This document shows, piece by piece, positions 1 to 12,400 of a DNA stretch of 64,000 nucleotides. The notes beneath the pieces were generated by a model that ran no database searches, had not been told where the DNA came from, and saw nothing but the letters and a program-made list of their open reading frames with translations. This stretch comes from Ranitomeya imitator (lineage: Eukaryota), in NCBI RefSeq assembly GCF_032444005.1, contig NC_091288.1:44826001-44890000 (forward strand). The letters run 5' to 3'. The position numbers were made by a program, and so were the translations under genes. Numbering within the stretch: the stretch's first letter is position 1; each line of letters begins with the position of its first letter.

Positions 1-117
1 GACGGTAGATAACGTGGCCATTATGGAGCCCGTGAGCTGAGGTGGTGCTTGGTACCACATTTGACAACAGGTCCCAGCACCCTATGTGGGGTCCTAATTT
101 CAACAATATGAACATTC

Positions 118-370
118 TTCTGTGCTGGGAGGCACTGTGGGGGCATTTTTCTATGCTGAAAGCACTGTGGGAGCATTATACTATGCTGCAGGCACTGTGG
201 GGTCATCATAATGTCTAGGGGAAGGACTTTGGGGAATTATACTGTGGATGTAGAGGGTACTGTGGGGGGCAAATTGTGTGCAGAAATTTACTGTGGGAAA
301 GTCATTCTGAATGGGGACAGTAAAGGGGGATCATAGTGGGTGGGAACGATAAGGGGCATCAGTAGGGGTA
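118..370. repeat. Degenerate ~30-bp tandem repeat (gcactgtgggg...)
   Basis: Recurring gcactgtggg/tactgtggg units; boundaries approximate. Confidence 0.6.
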
Positions 371-1694
371 ATTTGTGTATGCGTGCTGCAATATAGTTGC
401 CGCTTATCTGTCTTTAAAAGCATTATCTTTTGAGACTGCGCCTATGCACCATGAACCTAACTGACCCTCAGAATAATTATTTTTTTGAAGGGGGATTCAG
501 ACTTTTTCTATGGAGCCCCATGATTTCTATATACCCCCCTTGCCTCTCCACACAGCATTAATCTTTCAATAATTTCATTCTGTGAGTACAGAAGACTCAG
601 GTATGAAAATTTGCTTATAAATACAGCATTTGGTTCCTTGAAGAAAGCAGAGACATTACTGTAATGAACTACAAATCCAGGAAACTTAAACAAAACCAAG
701 ACATTGTCGCTCATTCCTGCACAAAAGTTCTCTTTTAATACAAGCAAGTCTGGACTTTGCCAAAGTCAACAAGATACCCCCTACTGATGTAAACGAAACT
801 GAAATTAGGGTTGTATTGAATTGCTGATGACAGAGGTCCATTTTCTGTGTTCTGGGACCTATGAATAGTGTAGCGTTCAAGAGAGAAATTGTGCACTAAA
901 AAAGGAAAACTGCAAAACAAGTGAAAAATGCTAAATGCTTAAAAACCACACTCATTTGTTCAAAGCAGCTCCTCACAATGGAACTGATGGCTGTATTCAG
1001 CTCCAAACCATCAGCCCAGCAACTTTGCTCTGATTCTTGATTCTTTATTCAAACTAAACAGGAGCCGAAGCAGTTGGACATACTTAAGGAATAAGGCACC
1101 ACAGGCAAGCACTTTCTCATAAGTGTCCCTGCACTTTATGCATGTTGTCAAGCGTCACAGCTGGGTCCGAGCGCCTTCATAAAATTACCATATTTTTACG
1201 AAAGCTCCAGACGCAGTCACTTTTTTTTTCTTAAAAAAAAGCAAACTTTTCTTTCATTTATTGTTCAGCAGTACGCTTCAAAATTACACAGAATAAAGTA
1301 GTTTTCTGAAAAATGGCCAGCAGCAATAGCTTCCAATATATAACCAGAGTAGTGGCTTATTAATCATATTTATTTACTTTGGGAGCGGAGGACAAACAAA
1401 TTTTTGTAAATGCTGATAAATTTTGATTTGATATTATGTGTAGCCTTATTGTTGCCAAGTTTTATTGAGCAAACCTAATGCATTTTATATAGATTGAAAT
1501 CCACAGTCATTGGATGTAAAATTATAGTCATAGGTGTAGGTGCACTTTAAAAGGACGCTAAACTTAAAGTTTAAAAAAGTCTGCTCACTTTATCTGCAGT
1601 ATCTCATGCTCAGATATATTTGATAGTCACATCCAAAAAAAGTTGCATGATTTGATAGACAATTGCATACATTTCTAGAACCTCTGCAAATAAT

Positions 1695-2791
1695 TACAGG
1701 AAGTAGGGGAGGGTCTTTGTCTCTCTACAGGAATTAGCGGAGTGTCGTTGTCTCTCTACAGGAAGTAGAGGAGGGTCTTTGTCTCTTATCCATAGGAAGT
1801 AGGGGAGGGTCTTTTTATTTCTACAGGAAGTAGGGGACGGTCTTTGTCTCTACAGGAAGTTGGGCAGTGTATTTGTCTCTCTACAGGAAGTAAGGGAGAA
1901 GCTGTCTCTCTACACAAAGTAGAGGGTCTTTGTCTCTCTATAGGAAGTAGAGTAGTCTATTTGTCTCTCTACAGGAAGTAGAGGAGGGTCTTTGTCTTTT
2001 ATCCACAGGAAGTAGTGGAGGATCTTTTTCTCTCTACAGGAAGTAAGGGAGGGTCTTTGTCTCTCTACAGGAAGTAGGGGAGCATCTTTGTCTCTACAGA
2101 AAGTAAGGGAGAAGCTGTCTCTCTACAGGAAGTAGAGGAGGGTCTTTGTCACTCTATAGGAAGTAGCGGAGTGTCTTTGTCTCTCTACAGGAAGTAGAGG
2201 AGGGTCTTTGTCTCTTATCTGAAGGAAGTAGAGGAGGGTCTTTTTATCTCTACAGAAAGTAAGGGAGTGCCTTTGTCTCTCCACAGGAAGTAGGGGAGGG
2301 TCTTTGTCTCTCCACAGGAAGTAGAGGAGGGTCTTTGTCTCTCTATAGGAAGTAGGGGAGAGTCTGTCACTCTGCAAGAAGTATAAGAGGGTCTTTGTCT
2401 CTACTGGAAGTAGGAGAGGGTCTTTGACTCTCTACAGGAAGTAAGGGGGTCTTTAACTCTCTACATGAAGTGGGGGAGGGTATTTGATGCTACAGGAATT
2501 AGGGGAGGGTCTTTGTCACTCTACAGGAAGTAGGGGAGGGTCTTTGTTTCTCTACATGAAGTAAGAAATGGTCTTTTGCTCCCTACAGGAAGTAGGAGGT
2601 TCTTTGACTTTCTACAGGAAGTAGGGGAGGGTATTTGACTCTACAAGAAGTAGGGGAGGGTCTTTGCCTCCTTACAGGAAGTAGGGGGTCTTTGACTTTC
2701 TACAGGAAGTAGGGAAGGGATTTGACTCTTTACAGGAAGTAGGGGAGGGTCTTTGTCTCCCTACAGGAAGTAGGGTGGGGTCTTTGACTCT
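1695..2791. repeat. Minisatellite, ~30-bp unit tctctacaggaagtaggggagggtctttg, roughly 35 copies
   Basis: Directly visible tandem array; copy number estimated from length/unit. Confidence 0.95.
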
Positions 2792-3293
2792 GCTCTAATT
2801 CTCCTGTTTGTCAGTCTGCATATAGACATAACAGGGGCATGCTTTTAGTTTAGGGCAAGTAAACATTAGATGATGGCAGGAGCAAAGTAACCTGTGAAAA
2901 GAGGAGAAAGGAAGTTTCAACTCCTATAGTGCTAGCAGAATGCTGATGAAGAAAACTTAACCACTCAAAAAGTAAAAAATAGTAAAAAAAATAGTTGATA
3001 TCTAGTACAGTACATGAGAAATGGGACAGTTCATTGTATATATGCAAATGTGCTGCTAATCTGCCAACACTTCTATTTATTGTGAATTTTGTATAGAATG
3101 GTAGATACTGTGGTGCTGGGTTAAGCTACACTAATTGAAGATGTACTTGGACTGTGAGTCCTTCTGAATTGCTGATCATAGAATCTTCAAATGCATCATA
3201 TAAGCTCCAAAGTTTAGATTGAGCCGTATTTTAAAATAATATTTTATTTTCAAGGTTTGCACAAAGAGAATATGGAATGCATATCAAATTCAC

Positions 3294-3416
3294 CTGATTG
3301 TCTTCAAGTGTCTCTATCAGATTCTCATCGGATTTTAACAGTGGTGTTCCAGTTGCCAGATGCTTCTCATAAGAAAACTGCATTGTGCTCCACGTATGGT
3401 TAATCTCAACAAGAAC
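3294..3416 (-). CDS. DNAH11: Window exon 16 (VLVEINHTW...LEDNQ), 123 nt
   Basis: Absent from ORF track. gctcag|GTT acceptor, CAG|gtgaat donor; PLLKSDE.L.ETLE.NQ motif. Confidence 0.93.
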
Positions 3417-6400
3417 CTGAGCAATAAATATAGAGGAATGAAAACTTCATCATATCAGGCACTGCAAAATATCAAAAGCATTTCTTTCAGAGCATTGTAT
3501 TGGATTTCCAAGATTATGGAAGCCACCTCCAAATATAGTCCCGGATATCAATACGGAAAGGAAAGTATTGTAATAAAGAACATTGAAAATTAGATTATCA
3601 GTCCTACTCTATTATTTCAGCTTTACTAATACTCTCTGAGAAACCCGCTCTGCCTGCTACTGCTGGCTAAAGTGTTATTCTAAGACTTTTTGGTGACGCC
3701 AAGAAACCCATGATTTGCTTCAAAATTGAACAATGTTTTCATATGGTGAAAAAGATTTAGGGATTTGGAGTTGCAGTCTTCCAATAATTGGCCAAATTTG
3801 TAAATTAGGTTACACTGTTTTTTAGAACTGATAACTAAAAAGTAAAAAATTGTGCATTAGAAAAATGTTCAAAAAAATTGCAAACTGTACAAAAGTTTAT
3901 CTTATGTGTATTGCTTGACAAAGGAATTTCATATGGGAAAAATTGTTGAAATTGCAATTACTCGTGTTTGATTACATTTAGGAATTAGGGCACACCAGTT
4001 TTGGAAGAAAACTGACCCTCAAATAAATTACAAGTTATGTAAAAATAAGTTTAAAAAGGTTGCAAAATGTTCGCTTTTTGTACCTGTTGAAAGCAGGTGT
4101 GGTTTATCTGTAGGGGGCACAGCCAACAACTGCCAGACAGATTTCATAGAATCCTAGAACATTAGAGTTGGAAGGGACCTCCGGGGGTCATCATGTCCAA
4201 CCCCCTGCTCAATGCAAGATTCACTAAACCATCTCAGACAGATGTCTGTCCAGCCTCTGTTTGAAGACTTCCATTGAAGGAGAACTCACCACGTCTCATG
4301 GCAGCCTGTTGCACTCATTGACTACCCTCACTGTCAAAAAGCTTTTTCTAATATCTAATCTTTAAGCCTACTGCAGATATGGATTTCATTTATTGACTTT
4401 CTGACAATCCAAAATGCAAACAAAATACCTAAAAATGCACACACCTCTTAATACATTAGGCACAGTTTAATCCAACAACCTTTTTTTCAGAGGAGTATAT
4501 GGAACGCCATCATCCTTAATAAATCTGACCCATCACCTCAAAATTATGATGTTTATTGTGAAACCATTACATCACTCCCCTTAAAAGAAGACTCACCTTT
4601 TCTATTGCCATCTCCTTCACTGCCTTGTCCACAATGTTCTTCACCTCGTCCTCCACCCTATGTAGTTGCAGGGCCAGGAGATCCCCAAGAACGGTCTTTT
4701 CATTCATTATAAACCTCACCTTGAAAAGAAAACACATAACATTAAGTCAATAGGTGTCAGGTTTATCATATCTGTAGAAGAACATGAAGAACTGATCGAC
4801 ACAAACCCCCGTCTTGCTCATTAACTGCAACCAGTGTCTCTTCCTGACTGCAGGGTTCTGCAGCTCGTTTACTGCTCTCAGACTTGTTATTAGATTTTTA
4901 ACAGTAGACTCCAAGCCCAAATAAACATCCCATGTTCTTATCTCTTTATCAAGGGTCTTCATTTCCTAAAAATGATAAGAGCCACATAAATATGCAATAA
5001 TCATTCGAAGAATGTGTAGTAGACATTGCAGCATGCATAAGAAATGTTCTGCAGTAGGACCTTGACTAAGAAAAGCCGATAGCTGAATTGCGAGGCCTGA
5101 GCATGGAATTTTTTAGAACTAATATTCTTTAGTTTTGTATATATTGACTAATTCCATTTTCCATTGTAGCAACTGAAGTGTCCTAACCTTACTTCTTTCT
5201 CAATACGAAACATCTCAAGAAAAATAACGTAACATGTCATTTTTTTTTATATACTACTTTTTTCTACAGCGCCATCATATTCCACAGCGCTTTACAGACA
5301 TAATCATCACTGCCCCCTTTAGGGCTCACAATCTGCGTCTGAGTATCTACCTCCAGTAGGTGTATACGCCCAACAATTATGCATGATAGAGCACAAGGTG
5401 AAAAGGTACCTTCACACTAAACGATATCGCTAGCGATCCGTGACGTTGCAGCGTCCTCGCTAGCGATATCGTTCAGTTTGACACGCAGCAGTGATCAGAA
5501 TCCTGCTGTGATGTCGTTGGTCGGGGCTAGAGGGCCAGCACTTTCTTTGGTCGCTGGACTCCCGCTGACATCGCTGAATCGGCGTGTGTGACACCGATTC
5601 AGCGATGTCTTCGCTGGTAACCAGGGTAAACATCGGGTTACTAAGCGCAGGGCCGCTATTAGTAACCCGATGTTTACCCTGGATACCATCCTAAAAGTAA
5701 AAAAAAAAAACGCTTCATACTTACCTTCAGCTGTCTGTCCCTCGTCGCTCTGCTTCTCTGCCCTGTGTAAGCACAGCGGCCGGAAAGCAGAGCGGTGACG
5801 TCACCGCTCTGCTTTCCGGCCGCTGTGCTCACAGCCAGTACAGAGAAGCACAGCGCCGAGGACAGACAGCCGAAGGTAAGTATGAAGCGTTTGTTTTTTT
5901 TTACTTTTAGGATGGTAACCAGGGTAAACATCGGGTTACTAAGCGCGGTCCTGCGCTTAGTAACCCGATGTTTACCCTGGTTACCGGCATCGTTGGTCGC
6001 TGGAGAGCTATCTGTGTGACAGCTCTCCAGCGACCAAACAGCGACGCTGCAGCGATCCGGATCGTTGTCTGGATCGCTGCAGCGTCGTTTAGTCCTCCGC
6101 CGGAGTACAGACAGCGGAAGGTAAGTATGAAGCGTTTGTTTTTTTTACTTTTAGAATGGTAACCAGGGTAAACATCGGGTTACTAAGCGCGGCCCTGCGC
6201 TTAGTAACCCGATGTTTACCCTGGTTACCAGCGAAGACATCGCTGAATCGGTGTCACACACGCCGATTCAGCGATGTCAGCGGGAGAGCCAGCGACCAAA
6301 TAAAGTTCTGGCCTTGTAGCCCCGACCAACGACATCACAGCAGGATTCTGATCGCTGCTGCGTGTCAAACTAAACGATATCGCTAGCCAGGATGCTGCAA

Positions 6401-9400
6401 TGTCACGGATCGCTAGCGATATCGTTTAGTGTGAAGGTACCTTTAAGTTTGCACCATTATAGCAAATGGGCCAGTAGGGCATGTGCTAAAATCTCGTTTT
6501 GGGGGGATGTTCAAACGTTAGCCCCAACAGGAACACTGCATGTGGCGAAGAATGCAGTGCATCTGTACGTTCTCCCTGTGTTTGTATGGTGCATACGCCC
6601 AAATCATGTTTTGCAGGAAGTTTAGACATAAGCCCTGACTGGACCACTGAACGTAGTGAAGAATGTAGTGTGAAAGCACCCTTACAGGAAATTCTCCATG
6701 GGAGCAAAATTAGCAAATTAGCTTTCTTGCAAAACAAATAAGTCTATTTTGCGAAGTAGCACCTAGGTGAGACGGCTGTCCTATGAATCAATATCTGACC
6801 CTTTATCGAGCCTTCAAACATAACCAGGAATAAAAGTCAAGCCAGAAACTCATCTACAAACAGCCTGCTTCGGTTGCACCTAATCGGTGTAAAGGCCCCC
6901 ACACACATTAGACCAAAGTTGTACAAAGTAGACGATTTCAACCAAATTGACCATTCGACATTTGGATTTTTAAGTGGCAAGTCATTGACTTTTATGCAGC
7001 GAACGTTCATATTCATCTGAAAGAACGATCGGGCATATCTGATAATATCATTCATGGCATAATGTGTGTTTTTTTGTTTACTATTTATCGAAAATATATG
7101 TCTTAATCTAAAATATATTTCTACAACGTAATTGGACATGTGTATGATGTAGTCGGGCAAACAAAGATACGTACAAAGACCATCTGTTGGTGAAGCAAAG
7201 ATTTCTGGCTAACGATCTCATTGTTCTCCCGAAGATAAGCGACCACCAGAAATGTCTGTTAGCAGCTCCATCATAGAGAATATAGGAACGCTTGACCAAT
7301 GAATCACTTCCGTGTGAAGGAAAGATGGCTGAGATGGCTGTCGGCCAAACATTTGGCTGAAGTATCGTTCATTTGACAGCCATCTAATGAGCATGGGAGA
7401 ATAATGAACTAACATCACCTCACTGGTGTGAAGAGCACCCTTAATGAGGGTTCGGTCCACAGAGGCATCATTTTTGCTCCTGAGCTGGGAAACCATGGAT
7501 AAGGAGAGAAAATCCAGCAACCGCAAACATACTGTATATAAAACATCACACTTATTAACATAATTAAAAAGGAAAAGTTGTGAAAAGATATTAAAATACC
7601 ATAGCAAGGCTGGGTCTAAGTGTTTAGAGCGTTCACAGCTCTTAGTCAAGACTGGCAGCTCACTTTCTCATGATTACTTACACGTCCAAAGACAGGGACA
7701 TTGATACCGACACTGACTGAGCACACGGCTCAGGAGACTTAACAACCTCACGTGAGTTGCGGAAATGCAAATGCCGACACCACTGGAAGAGAACGGACAC
7801 GGGAGATGAGTGTTTTTATTTTAATGGGGGGCAAAAACTCAGAATGAGAAGGGGTTGTCCTAGTAGTGGACAACTACTTTAAACTAAATTTCCAATAATG
7901 TATTTAAAAGCCATAACTGTGTCTCAACCATGTGGTTGGCCACTAAGGGAGATCCTACCCTTAGATACCTATTCAGAAGACATTACCAGTGCATGGCTCT
8001 CTTGCGAGACATTTGTGGGCAAGGAGATGTTTTCTTCCCACCATTGATGAGGGTCTCCTTGATGGATAAAGGTACCGTCACATTAAGCGACGCTGCAGCG
8101 ATATAGACAACGAGCCGATCGCTGCAGCGTCGCTGTTTAGGTCGCTAGGAGACGTCAAACACCTGCAACAGCTGAGCGATTCAGGAGCGATCCAGTGATG
8201 TACTTATCATTCTCGCTGGTTGTTGCTCCATGAAAAAACATTGCAGGCATCGTTGCTTTTGCTGTCAAACATGATGAACCACGCCGACCTGACGACCAAA
8301 TAAAGTTCCGGACTTTCAGCGACGACCAGCGATGTCACAGCGGTATCCTGATCGCTGCTGCGTGTCAAACACAACGAGATCGCTATCCAGGACGCTGCAA
8401 CGTCACGGATCGCTGTCGTTCTCGTTGGAAAGTTGTTCAGTGTGAAGGTACCTTTAGACCATTTCAAACCACAGATCATTCAGTCACTGGTTTGGATAAC
8501 CAATGTGCCATCTGTTGGTGTTCACTTACTGAAAATTGAACAGTAAACAAACATTGCCTGTATAATCTACAACTTCTGTAACCCTCCTTCGATGTAATTA
8601 CCAGAATCAATGCTCTCAGGCTATACAGTATTAACACCAATGGCACAATGACCAATGGCAGATGGATCTGGATAAGTTGGAAACTTGGGCTGAAAGGTGG
8701 CAGATGAGGTTTAACAATGATAAATGTAAGGTTATACACATGGGAAGAAGGAATCAATGTCACCATTACACACTGAATGGGAAACCACTGGGTAAATCTG
8801 ACAGGGAGAAGGACTTGGGGATCCTAGTTAATGATAAACTTACCTGGAGCAGCCAGTGCCAGGCAGCAGCTGCCAAGGCAAACAGGATCATGGGGTGCAT
8901 TAAAAGAGGTCTGGATACACATGATGAGAGCATTATACTGCCTCTGTACAAATCCCTAGTTAGACCGCACATGGAGTACTGTGTCCAGTTTTGGGCACCG
9001 GTGCTCAGGAAGGATATAATGGAACTAGAGAGAGTACAAAGGAGGGCAACAAAATTAATAAAGGGGATGGGAGAACTACAATACCCAGATAGATTAGCGA
9101 AATTAGGATTATTTAGTCTAGAAAAAAGACGACTGAGGGGCGATCTAATAACCATGTATAAGTATATAAGGGGACAATACAAATATCTCGCTGAGGATCT
9201 GTTTATACCAAGGAAGGTGACAGGCACAAGGGGGCATTCTTTGCGTCTGGAGGAGAGAAGGTTTTTCCACCAACATAGAAGAGGATTCTTTACTGTTAGG
9301 GCAGTGAGAATCTGGAATTGCTTGCCTGAGGAGGTGGTGATGGCGAACTCAGTCGAGGGGTTCAAGAGAGGCCTGGATGTCTTCCTGGAGCAGAACAATA

Positions 9401-12400
9401 TTGTATCATACAATTATTAGGTTCTGTAGAAGGACGTAGATCTGGGGATTTATTATGATGGAATATAGGCTGAACTGGATGGACAAATGTCTTTTTTCGG
9501 CCTTACTAACTATGTTACTATGTTACTATGTTACATTCTTTTCATCACCTGAACCTAAAAATCTACAAATAATTACCATCTAATTAGTACAAGAAGGCTA
9601 TAAGTGGATCTTTTCACATAATTGTTAAGTGCCACTTCTTTGAAACACTCTTTATAAAGATTGAAGTGTCACAAGAAATTATATAGCTTCCCTTTAAAGA
9701 GAGAATTTTCAGCATCTTCTTACTTGAACTTTAGTTTTCTCATAGATACAAAGTCCTATAGTGACGGAATTGATGAATGTTTAATGATTAATTCTCAGAA
9801 AGAATGAGAGGTGTTCAAAGGAATGTGCAGCAAGAAACTTTTATATTTGTTCATATCATTGGAACAAATCTCAGTAACACAAATGCCTTTTGTACTTGAA
9901 ATCTACATATTGTGATAGTATCTGTCATGTGTCACAGTCAAAATTCACAATTAGTATAATGAACTTATAACCAACTATTGCTGTCAGTCAATCTGAATGT
10001 CAGATTGTCTCATTGAATTGGATCCTATGAATTGCACGCCATACGCAGTGGGATCTGGTAGAATAGATGACTTAGTTCATATAGCTACCTGTCAGAGACA
10101 TGGGGATGTGCTGAGCCTTATAATTAACCGGTGACATAACCTGAAGCTCCTGCACTCGAATGCATATTCTGTAACACAGCCTCCACCTCCTATGTGACAT
10201 TTATTATACTGGTGTCTTCTTATGTGGCTGAAAGGATCTTAGGGCTCGTGCACAAGAAGATTGCCCATGTTACTCTATGGGGATATTCACCTGACTGATT
10301 TTCTTTCTTTGAGTCCGAGGAAAAAAATGAATGACACATACAATTTTGATCCAAGTTTCAGACGTAAGTTTATGGGTCCGTGTCAAACCTTCTGCCACAC
10401 AAGGATATCATCCGAGTGCAGTTCGATTTTCACGCACTGACATAATGGAGAAGATGGAGAAACTTTTTTCTCTCCATATTCGAGAACAACTGATCCAACT
10501 CTGATCAAAATCTGATTAAAGTCTGGTCAGAGTCTGATCAGCATAATCGGACCATCTTCTAGGAAGGAGAGAAAATGGCTGTGTGCACTGTCAGGAATCC
10601 CCTGACCGCTGTCACCAATTGGTCAGGATTCACACCGTGACCGTCACCCCTACGTCACGGATTGAGGTGACTTTAGGCCAACAGACGGCTATCACATGTG
10701 CAGGGGGGGCTTATCTTAGTTATCCCTCCACTCCACGATGTGATGAAAAACCACACACAAGGCTATTGACCTCTTAGTTTACAGCAGGGGCTTATTTTAG
10801 GCATCCCACTGCTTTTCTATATACCACGAACTGCAGGGATTTATGTATATCCCGCTTACAGTTCCACTTAACACTTGCAGCTCTCTGGCGCCCCCCTTAC
10901 TCTCAGGTCAGATTAGGTACTGCACCTAGGTTAATTAGTCGCCAGACAGGCTGCCTGCTATGTACTGGCTATTGGGCACGCTGCAGCGACGCGATAACTA
11001 CTCCCACTTAGGCAGGAACAATAATTATCAACGCCGCAGTCGCTACAGCAGCACCCCAAAAGCCTGCACACGGTATCACCGCCACCAGCTTCAATTAAAC
11101 GGGTCCGAAGCTAACCCAACACAACAGTAGCGTATTTCCCTTCAGAAGACTTAGGGTACGGTTTAGAACAGGAGAAAAGATAACACTCACATGTTCAAAG
11201 CATGGCAGGCACCCAGGCTAGGGCAGTTTTCCATACGTCCGAGCTCATGGGATGTACTCAGCTCTTCCAGGAAAATAGGACAAGAAGGAAGCTGGGGATG
11301 TGTGCAGACAGTTATAGCTTAAGCCTGTAACATCCCAGAAAGGGGTTGGATCACCTCGTCCCTCCTACCTCTTCAGTTAACTCATTTTTTCTAATCTATA
11401 TCTAATTTCGATAACTCCGCTACAAAACATGTCATAGTCCTAACAAACTCATCATTCATCTCGGATTAACGTGAGCATTCTAATGAGATCAAATATGTCC
11501 TATCTGGGATACATATTTACAGAGAAAACCCTACTTCTTTACTAGATGGAGCTAGAAGCTCAGGTTTTACGTGGTGAATAGATCCACCGAGGGGTGTAAA
11601 GAATATATATTTTTCCTATTTCTAGCTTAAATCGTTTGCCTAGTATCTTACAATAACAGAACAAAGACTCTCATGGATTTCTGGAAAATTTTAAACAGTT
11701 CTCTGCAGTTCTCTGCTAGAGGAGATTTGAGCCTAGTCGTAAATTCCTTTCGGCAATAAAACCTCTCTTCCCCCATACATTGGCAAAGCAGCTCTTGGCT
11801 GAGTGAAAGGGAAGGAATTTGAAGCTACAAACTGTTGCAGCATCACTCCAAGAAGAGGGGCTTAGCCCACGCAGGCTAGCAAGAAAACTAACTTATGATA
11901 TTTCATACCATATTGTGACATGCACATAGGCTCCATCTGGCACCAGGACCCAGGTATAAGTGCTACAACTGCACCCCCTCCATAAAGAACATAATCAAAG
12001 GCATACATACAGTGACAAGTAAAAGTTTGGAAACCCCTGCTCAAAATTACTGTTATTGTGAACAGTTAAGAAAGTTGCAGATGAAATGATCTCTAAAAGG
12101 CCTAAAGTTAAAGATGACATATTTTCTTTGTAATATATATATTATATTTTATCTCTTACATTTATAAAAATTTGACAAAGAAAAATGGCTAGTACCTAGT
12201 AGCACCCCCTTTTGCAAGTATCGTAGTTCTTGCATCCAGCCAAGAGTCTTTCAATTCTTGTTTGAGGGAGTTTCATCCATTCTTCCTTGGAAAATTCTTC
12301 CAGTCCTGCGAGATGCCTGAGTCGTCTTGCATGCACTGCTATTTTGAGGTCTAACCACAGATTTTCCATAACGTTCAGATCAGGGGACTGTGAGGGCCAT

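Noticed and set aside
824-880. CTGATGA followed by a GGTCC/GGACC stem
   Set aside because: No GAAA after the stem and no helix I/III, so not a hammerhead.
2123-2377. Repetitive 84-aa ORF
   Set aside because: Translation of the 30-bp minisatellite.
1-3293. Search for the following dynein exon (expected VQLQ...W..VQRTW)
   Set aside because: Not found in any minus frame I inspected; presumed beyond the left edge.
5495-6386. Similar ORFs on both strands (also 28318-28659 and 31230-31594)
   Set aside because: Caused by palindromic MITE sequence; not genes.
8766-9413. 215-aa minus-strand ORF
   Set aside because: Antisense shadow of the CR1 ORF2 with no recognisable motif.
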